This document shows, in pieces, positions 52,719 to 64,000 of a stretch of DNA of 64,000 bases (position 1 is its first letter; every line of letters begins with the position of its first letter). Both the position numbers and the translations under genes were made by a program. Origin of the DNA: Octopus vulgaris (taxonomy: Eukaryota); NCBI GenBank assembly GCA_951406725.2, contig OX597817.1:110732001-110796000 (forward strand), written 5' to 3'. Under the pieces are notes generated by a model. It did not search any database and had not been told where the DNA came from. It saw only the letters and a list, made by a program, of their open reading frames with translations.

Positions 52719-55700
52719 AATGCATTTATTGGATACAGTGCTCAGGTGCACTACATCTCATCAAAAAAGTATAAAAGAGGGAACAGAAAGTAACAGTCAT
52801 CTCTTTTAATATGCAAGAATGAATTCTTACTCTAAAGCCATGATACAGATGCACTCACACACATGCACAAAAAATATGATTTATTTACAAGATTTGAATA
52901 TTCATTGTGTAATAGAAATCCAACCAATAGTAATTTCAAATCTTTCAAAAAGAAAGGGAGAAGTATGAAATTCTTACCATATGATGGATAGAATTGATGG
53001 TGAAAAAAAAAACTATTTCTAATGTACATTTGTAATGGGAAGATTTTTATCAAAATAAATACCTATCAATGACATCCTTATGTGGAGCAAGCAATTGTGA
53101 CTCAGTGTAGCTTTTCTTAGAACCTTATCTCATTTTCTTTTATTTATTAAGTCATTTGAATTGCATATAAGGAAAATTTTGTACATCTCCCTGCATCTCC
53201 TTATTACCTCATTATCTTTGAAGCTGTCCGCAGTAGTTTATATAATGAACTAGCAAGATGGGAAGAAAATATTTATAATTTTTTCCACTAGGGAAAATGC
53301 TGATAAGGTACATGGAGTTTGAAATACTATGAAAGTAGAGATAAGTTGAAAAATAGCTGATAGCTTTAAAATGATCTACCATAAACATATGTATACATGT
53401 GTGTATGTGTGATCATTAGCATCCCTCCGCATTTGCCTTCCTTGCTGGCATACATTGGATGATACAATAAGATCCAATGGATTGGAGGATCATTGGTATG
53501 GTTTCTACTGTTGGATGTTCTTCCTAATACCAACCACATTACAGAGTGTACTGGGTGCTCTGGTTTTGGCGCCAACATCAGTGATGTTGCCATGTAACTC
53601 ACAAGACAAAATGTCCTCACCTGAGAGGAAGTATAGCAGAAAGGGAGGTGACTTTATACAAGGTGTTGAGAAGTTATACATGTGTGTGTATATATGTGTG
53701 AGTGCAAGTGTGTGTTGTACATTATAGCAAAGTAAACTTGATTTTATATATACTCATGTATAATTCATCTAGTACATTCTGAATATATACATTACTATCA
53801 TACATATATATTTAATTTTCGAACATTTGCTGAAGTATTTTATTTCCTTTACTGTGATATGGTGGTACATAGTGAAAAAATATATAACAAAATAATACTA
53901 ATACCCTTGTCAAGAATATTTTCCATTATTGAGCTTGTGTTTACGATCTGGCCATTGACTGACTTAGCTTTATGTAGAGTTATCCTGCAGCATCAATCAC
54001 TTCCTTTTGATAGCAACATTCATAATTCTGAAGTTATAATTGTTATCTTATACTTACTGTAGACTGTTTATTTTGTAAGGTATAATTACAGCAATGAATT
54101 GTTTTGCTAACTCTTTGGAGATGAATCTTATTGATGATTATAGCTTTTTGTTTCTAAGTTACAATAAGTTTCTTGTTTCAAAATTCATTTTAAAGAACAA
54201 TCTGAATCTAACAAACAATGTACAGATTACTTATACATTCTGTTATTGGGGTGATCAGCCTTGTTTTCTTTCTAACATAAGTGATAGACCAACAGATCAT
54301 CCGAGGGTTGAAGTGTTTCCCTATTGTGAGACTTTAAACTTTCCTCTTTCATATATTCTAAAAATTCTTCAAATTGGACTCCTTCAGACTGACCTATGGA
54401 TAAAATACTTTTAAAAATATATGCTAAAATGACTTTTTTCCCCCCCCTAAAATCAAAATATTACAAATGATCTTAGATAAAATAATTTGAAAATCTCAAG
54501 TTATGCTGTGCTGAAGATTACAAAACAGGTTGAAATGATATTGTACATGGCTACTGTGATAATGATAAAAAATAATAATAGAATTATATGCACTAAGATG
54601 TATGCTTTTCTCACTCTTTGAATATATATATATGTGTGTGTGTGTGTAGTACACTCTCTAATGTGGTAAAATCATTGATATTAAGGAAAGACATTCAACC
54701 ATAGAAACCATGCCAAAAATTGTAATATGAAAGCAAAACATGGCCATCTGACCTCTCTAGAAGAGCAGTAACTTTGAATAAGAACTGACTGAGAATGTAA
54801 TGAGCCATCCAACCCACACCATTATGAAAAGCAGATGTAAAATGATAATACACATGTAGTATGAATTTTTCTCTTTTCTTGGAAATTTTAGACAATATTT
54901 AATAATAAATTATTTCAAATAAAAGACATTTTTTTTAACAGTTACATTATTACAAATATAAAAATATATTTCAATAAGGAAAAAGATTGTTTACTTAATC
55001 ATATCCACGTTTTATTACACTCTGAATATGTGAAACTACCTGTCTTTTTAACTACAAAATTTAACATTCCAACTATAGAATACTTATGTGATTACTGAAT
55101 CTCTTAGAAATAGCAACCAAATATCTCTCAAACTTTGTAATCTTAAATCAGAAGTTTACACTAGATAATGTGCTGCTAGATACCTCTAAAACTATCGGAT
55201 GGTCATGGCTGGAATGCATTTGGTTCATTGATCAATTTGCCTAGGGGGTAAACAAAAACCCCCAACTGTTAAAATTGAATAGGTTCACAACCTGGAATTG
55301 TATAGAAATACATAATGATAATATGAGAAATAACAATATGTTATAATAATAATTATCTATTTTCCTTCATTTTTTTTTGTAATCATAAAAGTTTAGTAGT
55401 TTCTTCAACTATTTTATAAATAAATTTACATGTATGTTTGTTATTAACAAACCAAAACTTTTAAAGTGCTCTTCGTCAGTTTTATAACAAAAAAAAAAAA
55501 AAAAATGCTATCTCAATTTTCCCAGCTGTTTGCATCCTTTTAGACTCCCTAAACTTGTTCTAATGATAGGATTTGGTGCAAAATATTGTGAATATTTTTT
55601 ATATCTCTCATACACATGCTGCACAGTATCATTTCTCCCTCTCCTTCTCTCTCTCATACAACAACAAGTATGTGTATGCATGCATATGTGACAGACTGAG

Positions 55701-56904
55701 AAGCAAAGCATATGCACAGATATAGCCATGTGCAGAGAGATTTCTATGAGTGCTTCATAAATATAGAACTTTGTTCATGTTAATCTTTATGTCATACACT
55801 AAGAATATTTTTATGTTTATCAAACTCTCATAGAATATTTGGCAATTCACTAAACTCATACTTTGGTGACAACTGTATTATTCAGTTTAGGTTCTATGAA
55901 ACCAAAGCTTTCAAGTACAATTATATTCCAGCTATAGTATTTTTGGATCATTCAAATGGCATTTCATTTCTCTTCTGCTGTTTTATACATTTATCCAGTG
56001 CTCAGTGCAAAATATAACGTGAAGGATTTGAATTAAAGTTTAGTATTCTGTATTGTCTTTATGAAAATACTTTATTTTTCTCATAGTCTGCATCATTCTT
56101 CATTGTTTAGACTCAAAGTTCAGATCTAGATGAAGTTGTGTATTCTAATATTTTGCTTTTCTTCTTTTTTTTTTTGGTCTATTATCCTTCATCTGATGCA
56201 TGCTTTTATAACTTTATATATCAATATGTCTGGTAAAAGATTATATATTGTGAGTGAATTTAGGTCTGATAAGTTTTTCAAAAATTGTGTTTAGACAATA
56301 GTTTATAAGTAATATGAAATGAAAGAGAGAGGAGTGATTAGTGAAACTTTCATTCACCAAGTTGGATGAGTTTAATAACATTTAAATGTTCCTTGGTGGG
56401 AAATTCTTTCAAATGGATAAAATTTTTCTTGATAAGGATGTAAACCAAGGTCTCTTGCATAACAGAATTATGGCTGTTGGCTAGAGATGGGAATTGGCTT
56501 AGTGGTTGAATAGTTCTGCTGCACAACAGATGTTGGCTTTATCTTTAGCGAATAAAACTTCAACAATTTGAATGAATTCACCTGGTGAAAAAATTTATAT
56601 GTTACTAGACATGGCCAGTTTTGTGGCTATTTCATAGTATTTTCCCTGTATGCTCATTGTTTATACATTATTTTGAAAAAGGTTTAAATTTATAAATGAT
56701 GTAATTCTCCATCTCCTTTAGCAATGTGCAGGCAAAGCAACATTAAAAAAATAATATCGAACTAGATTTGGACATTCACTCTATGCTTCACCATATTAAC
56801 AATAAATATATAATTACTAGATGTGAAACAGTAAAAAAAAATTTTAATAATTTATTTTTTTGCACAAAACCAGTAATTTTGGGGGAGGAGAAGTTTATTA
56901 GTTT

Positions 56905-58000
56905 CATCTTCTCTTTTCTTCATAATTGGAGTGGATAGTATGTTTTTGGGGTAGTTTTTGCTTAATAGATTGCTACTGAGTTTGATCATTTCTTCGTGGT
57001 GGGTATCATGATCACTACTTATATTCTTTGCTCAATGTTTTAGGCACTGAGCAATCCCTCTCTTTACACTATATGGATGGTGGGAATTGAAGTATCGTCC
57101 AGTGAAGGTTGGCTTGTGGTATATGGATGTCCTGAATCCATACTTGGTGCATGTTATTAAAATGTCCAGGAATGCTAGCTGATTGTCTTCTTCCTTTTCC
57201 ATTGTGAACTGTATGGATGGCTTTATTGAGTTCACATGATCTAACAGCACTTGAACATCTTCCTAGTGGGACCAGAGTATAAAGGTGTCATCAACATATC
57301 ACAGCCATAGGGTTGGTTTTAGTGGTGTTGATCCTAAAGCCAAACTATTAAAGTATTCCATAAATATATTGGCTATTATCGGTGATAATGGCAAACCCAT
57401 AGCTAAACTCTTTTCTTGTCGATATATATCAGTGTCCATACTGAAGTAGGTAGTTTCTACACAGAAGGTCAACATTTCCATCAAGTTTCTTATTGGTATA
57501 CTAGTGCGTTCTTTTAGATGGGTGTCTGTCACTAGTTTCTCTTGAATCACCAATAGTGCTTCACCAGTTGGGATTCTGGTGAACAAACTTATCACACCTA
57601 GACTTACCATCTGGTTGGATTCAATGGCGGTATCCTTGATCAATTCTGTGTAGCAGGTGGAATTCTTTACAAATGATGTTGACTTTCCTGCTAATGGACT
57701 GATTATATCAACAAGGAAGCGGCTCAGTGGATGACATGCTGAACCTCTACACCTCACTATAGGTCTTAGTGGAATACCGTCCTTGTGAATCTTAGAGACC
57801 CTCTACATGTGTGGTAGTTTACTGTAGTGTTGAGTCAGTTGTCTGTACTTTATTGGTGTAAAGTGATCCTTGTTCTTGATCAAGATCTGTGACAACTTCC
57901 TCTCTGTTTTCAGAGTTGAATCTTTCTTTTCTTTGCTGTAGCTACCATCACTTATAAGACTTGCCAATTTTTCCAAGTAAACAGACTTGTTCATCACCTC
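56905..58000 (-). mobile_element. Penelope-like element reverse transcriptase fragment (pseudogene)
   Basis: Minus-strand motifs MVSLGVISLFTRIP, LAMGLPLSPIIANIFME, W.*YVDDTF, IQFTMEKE..NQLAFLDILI and YHKPTFTGRY..SHHP..VKRG are characteristic of Penelope-like RTs. In-frame stops are present and no GIY-YIG part is seen. Confidence 0.9.
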
Positions 58001-58150
58001 TGTAACATCGAAAAATGCCTTAGGAATGAGAACCCAGATTCAAAATTTCCCCAAGACACCTGATGAAGGCTGGGGGGTATATCAGCTGAAACATTGTGTT
58101 AACAACAAACAAGATGAGGACAAATATCTGTCAAATGTAAATAATGTACA
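58001..58150 (+). mobile_element. Probable Penelope terminal repeat (pLTR) segment, inverted relative to the RT fragment
   Basis: Directly abuts the RT fragment and contains a hammerhead core. The host SINE B sequence resumes at ~58147. Confidence 0.65.
58055..58100 (+). ncRNA. Minimal type I hammerhead ribozyme motif (slightly degenerate)
   Basis: Stem I GACAC(58055-59)/GTGTT(58096-100), core CTGATGA(58060-66), stem II GGCTGG/TCAGCT, GAAA(58088-91), then CATT where CGTH is expected (CpG-type change). Confidence 0.75.
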
Positions 58151-58354
58151 TCAACCACAGTGCTCAACTTTATTGACCCCCAAAAGGATGAAAATATATT
58201 AATGATAGGAAAAAGTCAGACATTATTCCGAATCGGGAACTAAAAGTGTGAAAATATTCACTATTTCTGACAACAGACGTTTAATTGTATCCTTACAAAT
58301 CAAAATCTCACCAGTTTGAGTAAATTTCTTTAAAAGACATTATATATATGCATA

Positions 58355-58385
<31 letters not shown>

Positions 58386-58654
58386 TCCAACTTCATACAA
58401 GAAGCTTTAGCTTAGCTTTCTTAATAACTAGACATCAAAAGAATTGGTAATATTAAATCTGAAAAAAAGGGGAGATATTTTCTTTCCTGCTATTATTTTG
58501 TTGGAGATAGACCTTTGATATTTTATTATGACATTCTCTTCCATTTCCCTTATAGGTAGCACAAACTCAAAAGTATTCTTTGCTCTCTGTATGAATGTTT
58601 ATGTAAGAGTATTTGGTTGAGTTGGGGAAAGAATGAAAAACTGACATTAGTTAG

Positions 58655-58698
58655 TGGAAAAGGAAGAAAGAAGACAATCAGCTAGCATTCCTGGACAT
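58655..58698 (+). repeat. Short inverted copy of Penelope RT sequence 57162-57201
   Basis: TGGAAAAGGAAGA[AAGA]AGACAATCAGCTAGCATTCCTGGACAT equals the reverse complement of 57162-57201 plus a 4-nt duplication. Confidence 0.9.
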
Positions 58699-61670
58699 GG
58701 AGTATTTAAAAGCGAACTTGAAATAAAAGTGCAAAAGTAACAATACTAGTCGATGCCACCTAATATTATTTTCATTTCTTCTGGCAAGTACATTTGACAA
58801 CTCTGGACATCTTTTGATCTTAGTGTAACCTCACTAGTAAAGCATTACCTTCACTATACTCTCTCCCAATAGCAGAGATGAAAAAAGCATTAAGTAAATC
58901 TACCATTTATTGGCATAGGAAAATATAATTATTTAGAAAGTAAAGTATTCAGAGATGTCAGTCTAACATTTATGCATGGAACTTAAAAAGTTAAACTAGA
59001 TATAAATTTGTGGTGAAGTTTTCACCAATTTTACTTCAAATTGTTAGCCTATTATGTAGTACTTGAATTACTATTATTTCTCGTCCCCCTGAGATAATGT
59101 TACAAGTTCCTGTTTTTTTTTAAGGGCTTTAACAATGTAAGGTGTCTCAACTACCAATTAAAATTGGGTTTGTTGGGGATTTAGTTCAGTAGGAACTTAC
59201 TATCGCTTTATGGGGCCCAATTACCTGTGATGTAATATTGAAACATAATCTTATAATGTTTCTAACCAACAGTTTAGATAATGACTGACTCCAGTGAAAT
59301 ATGAATTTCTGTCTACATTTCAACAGCTGTTTATGATTTGTAGCTCTTAGAGTTTTGGTTGTGTTTATGCATTTAAAAATTACTCTTGTATAATATCTCA
59401 TTCCTCTCTCTCTCTCTCTCTCATGTATTTAAACACACATACATAAAACAACATGAATTACATGAGTTAAAAAGAGGGAACCCAATAAAAAAAAGTAGAG
59501 TAAATTATGATTTAATATAGTTTCCAGAACTGCTAGCTGCTACTCTGAGTTACATTGATTTGTTATGCTATATCTGCAAGAGATATTATTCCATATGATG
59601 ACATGGATATTTAATGAATTGCATCTGTGTAGTCCATGTCACCTAATGATCTAATTTGAAATAATATCCTCCAGTGATGTAACAAATTGGTGAATCTCAG
59701 AGTAGTAGCTGCACAAGTCCTGGACAGAGACACTTTTCATAAGGAACTTACCAGTTTTAGAAGAATATTTTTTTCTTTTAGATTAAGCTTGTCACTTAAC
59801 ATGGGATAAAACTGCAAATGTGTATACCACATTTTTAAACATAGCAAATTAGTACAACATAAGAGAAAATTTAAAATGTAATTCTGTTATCGTTTATCTT
59901 GTTTCAGTCATTGGACTAATTGCTCTCTTTTGCTGAACCTTTAAGTTAATGGGCTGTAAACAAGCCAACACCTGTTGTCAAACAGTGAAAGGCAGAGGCT
60001 ACAGATACAAACACACTCACACATATATCTTTTACTTATTTCAGTCATTAGACTGTGGTCATACTGGGGTACCATCTCGTGTTTTTAATCAAATGAATTG
60101 GCCCCAGGATTCATGTCCTTACACATGCGCACACACACACACACCCACATATATGTGCCTATAAGGACATTAAAGTGCGATTTGAAAGATGTATTTCTGG
60201 CTGGTTGAGCAACCATTTAAAGTGAATGCTTGCCTGTGGACAAGACTTTATTTGACATTTGTGAGAGATGCAGCATTGAGGATAAATGAAGCCAGTTCAA
60301 CCCACCCCAGGTGAATACTGTAAGAAGAAAAAGAAAAGAAGACTTTATTTGCATTCAAATTAGAAACTACCCACTGATGAAGTTTCTAGAAACCCATGTT
60401 ATATATGTATTGAATTTGTCAATTCATATTCGTTTCTTGACACAAATGTACTCACACAATTTATCCCAGGAACTAACAAGGTTCCCCGCTCCTGATGTAA
60501 AGGTTTCTTTTTTGATTTGTTTGTTAGGTAAATATTGTTCATAATGCTATGGAAAATATTGTTCAGTCAAGATAGTAATAAGTTGAGCTGCCAAGTCAGT
60601 TTTAATTTGCATGTGTAATTTCATATTTTTTTTACAATGCTAATTTACCTAATGAAGTATTACTACCACAATTACACTTCCTCTTGTCTCCAGAAAAACT
60701 ACAAGTTTTGTGTCTTACGTAAAATTCAGAATTGCTCATAAGCTTTGAAACTACTACATAATCGTTTGTTATCCAGCTGTAGAAACTCTGCCAGATTAGA
60801 TTTGAGCCTGATGCAGCCATCTGGTTCACCAGTCCTCAGTCAAATCGTCCAACCCATGCTAGCATAGAAGGTGGGTGTTAAACAATGATGATGATGAAGC
60901 ATTAAGAATAACATTTTTGGTATGCTTCTAACATTTAATCATGTTGATAAAATAATGAAACCTCTCTTACAACTTCAGTATTTTTCCCCAATGATTATTG
61001 TGAGCTTAAAATCTAATATCATTGGATTGTTAGAATTCTAATTAAGTCATGGCTAATTGACGTTATTTTTTTTTCTTTTCTTCCTTCATTGAAATTTATT
61101 GCATTAGCTTTTGATGTAAAAACCATATGTAAATGTTTTCAGGGAGAATAACCTCATGAAAATGCTATTTAGAAAACATTTCACATTACATTGGTTGTGA
61201 TAATGTCTGTATTTGAAGAAAGATTTGAAATGATATACTACCATTTTGTTTGTATTCATTTGTGAAATTCTGATTTCTGAAATTCTTGAACTATAAATTT
61301 AGCATTAATTTAATTGAATTTTTTCATATGCATCATTTTTCCTAACATCAAAGTGCCATAAATCTAAGTGTAAAAGCAAATTAATGCTATATTATGTGGT
61401 TTTAAGACATTTGCTTATAGAACAAGTTGAATATACTGTTTCAGAATTAATATTCAATATATTATTACATTAATAGGGGTCTAATTATGAATTGTTAGTC
61501 TGAATAAAATTTAACCATAAAAATATGGCAGGGCCCTCACACATGTAATATAGTGAGACTTCTACTTTAATCAACTGCAATTATCCAAGCAATTAGTAGA
61601 CAAAATCTCTTTTTAGGGGCATTTAAAAACAAGAAGTGAAAGATCAAATTGCAGAGTGTATGGTCTTTAA

Positions 61671-61888
61671 CCCTTTAGCATTTAAACTGGCCATATCTGG
61701 CCAAAATATTCTACCTGCTTTATGTTCAAACTGGCCAGATCTGGCTTCTCACACTAGCCCTATAATATCATTCTAAAAGTTAAGTTACCTCATCAAAATC
61801 TCAAAGCTACAAGATACTGTATGATTAATTCAAAACAGTGTGAACCAATATGCATTACATTTGACAGAGTAATTGGAAAGCTGAAGGG
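61671..61888. mobile_element. 218-bp MITE with TTAA target-site duplication (piggyBac-type)
   Basis: TTAA|CCCTTTAGC ... GCTGAAGGG|TTAA, with internal near-palindromic repeats AAACTGGCCA(T/G)ATCTGGC. Confidence 0.85.
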
Positions 61889-61911
61889 TTAAAGTCAACT
61901 GATGAAAGCAA

Positions 61912-61950
61912 TGAACATATTTCAGTCTTGTTAGACCTCCTCAGTAATCA
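61912..61950 (-). ncRNA. Degenerate hammerhead-like motif
   Basis: The minus strand reads CTGAGGA-GGTCT-AACA-AGACT-GAAA-TATG. Core and stem II are intact, but stem I and the cleavage triplet are poor. Confidence 0.4.
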
Positions 61951-62307
61951 TATTCTACTTAAGAGAGTAAGAGTGATGTGTGTGTGTGTGTACATAGACA
62001 CATACTCAAAGAGAATCTAGTGACACAAATATCAGCTATACAGCTAACAGAAAAGTAATAAAAGGATCATTCAGCATAATAAAAACAATTACAGAAGTGG
62101 TAGTTTAGGTTTCAAATTTAAAGCAGTAGATTTAGTCACAGAGAAATGAGATTATATCTCATGAGCACATATGACTTTTAATCATAACATTTACTAATTA
62201 GAGATTTACTTTCTACACACTTTACTTTACATTTACTTTTGGACATTTTCTGAAACATCATTGTCATTTCCTTTGACAAAAGCTTTAATTTAAAGTTTTC
62301 AGAACAT

Positions 62308-62507
62308 TGGTTTCACACTTTGGCAGCTATTTTGAGGAAGAGGCTGATTACATTGACCCCAGTGTTCAGCTCGTCCTTATTTTATTGACCCCAAAAGGAT
62401 GAAAGGCAAAGTCAACTTTGACAGAATTTGAACTCAGAACATAGAGATAGGCAGAATACTGCTAAGTATTTTACCTGGTATGCTAACAATTCTGCTAGCT
62501 CACCACC
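62308..62507 (-). mobile_element. SINE family B, full length
   Basis: Reverse complement of the family B head (GGTGGTGAGCTAGCAGAA) and core, flanked by imperfect direct repeats AAGTTTTCA. Confidence 0.85.
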
Positions 62508-64000
62508 CTAAGTTTTCAAATATTAAAAGATTAATTTCATTGCAAATTAAAATATCGTTATTTGAATTCTGGGTAGCTTTAGTTAAACGTTTTGAATAAT
62601 TACTTCTGATGACTCGATCTTAAAGTATATTTTAAAAGCTATTAAATTGTGTTACTTTAAAGTCTTTAGTTAATACAAACTACCAAAAATACTCTAATTG
62701 TGAATTATTTAAGAAAACTTAATAAATTGTCTACATTAAAGACATTAAATTTAAGTTTTTAGAAAGAAAAACAAATGGAGAAAATCTTTGCACACTGGTT
62801 TTAATTCCAGGTTAAAGCCATTTCTTTTTTTTATTCTATTACTAACACTTTTATTTTCTTTCTCCTCAAAATCTTCATTCTGTGAAAAGGAACAAGGAAA
62901 TAATTTCAGTGTCTTTAAACATAAGCTATCAAAAATCTATAAAATGTAAGCATGCAACTAAGTCTGGAAAGAAAATGTAAGAGCTGGTATTTCACTTCTG
63001 TATTGTGGCAACTAGAAGTGAGATACGTCTTCCCCTGGATAAAACACTTATCCTTTTTAAATACCATTTCCAGGTAATATCAACGGCTGGGTGAACTTTA
63101 TATTGAAATTTAGTGTACTATCCAATGAAACATACACAAGTACACAGTGTGTATGAGTTTCTAGTCAACATAACATCTCGTATCTGCTTGGCCATTTTAT
63201 TTCTGTACTGAACAAACTTTGAGATATAATTGATACCTACCTAATTTGTTAATTCTACAACAGATAGCTAATAATTAAAAGCATACTAAAAATTTACAAA
63301 TATTGAACTGTTTGTGGTGTAAAGTTACTTTTAAGCAAATGTAGTATGATGTTGCTATACAGTGTTTTTTTTTTATATAATTAAAATCTTTCACAACTCA
63401 TTACAGACTGTTTTTTACAGTTGCTAATATCAGATAAAAGAAAATTCTTTAAGCCATATTAAAACAAAGCAATGTTTTGAGAAAAATAGCATTTTTTGTA
63501 AATTTTTATCATATTAGATTTAATATAAAAGAAGTTAGATTTCATTATGATTTTTTGTTTTAAGCAGCTATTAAGTCAATTTAAGCTTTTGTAAATTTAA
63601 ATTGATAGTTATTTGGTTTAAATTAAGCTAAATTTTCTAATTGATTTTAGATTCTTTGCTGTCAGTAGTATAGTATTCATCATTATTAGATTTCTTTTGT
63701 TTGATTTTGGACATTTAATTAAGTATAGTCCCATCGGTCTTCTACAGGCCAAAATAATCTTGTTGATTTGTAATATAGGCACAAATCCTTAAATTTGTGT
63801 GTGTGCATAGGAGGTAGTATAATTAAGATTGACTCCAGTTCCTGACTGTTACTTCCTTATTTTATCAACTCCCAGAAAAGCAAAGTTAACTTAGATGGGA
63901 TCCAGAATTATCATATAGCTAATATTAGAAAAATCCTGCACATATATGCAGACAAACACTCATACACACACTTGTATTCATTTGAATGGAAATAATTACA

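Overview
This is AT-rich, microsatellite-laden eukaryotic DNA. The SINE and LINE repertoire resembles that of a coleoid cephalopod (octopus-like); this is inferred, not database-checked. Bases 1-6171 are the 3' part of one very large coding exon. It is open from base 1, ends at a phase-0 G|GTAAGT donor, and encodes a low-complexity, probably disordered protein region with a basic Ser/Lys-rich start and a long acidic body. The remaining ~57.8 kb looks like intron, with no confidently identifiable exon. It contains two tRNA-head SINE families, a defective full-length mariner, and a 5'-truncated RTE LINE carrying a 61-bp 3'-UTR array and a fold-back mutation. It also holds a Penelope-like RT fragment joined to an oppositely oriented terminal repeat with a minimal hammerhead ribozyme, a TTAA (piggyBac-type) MITE, and several local duplications or templated insertions. 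I found no prokaryotic-type system such as CRISPR or an operon, and I cannot support a claim of a wholly new biological system. The best leads are the giant exon's motif content and the ribozyme- and structure-bearing retroelements.
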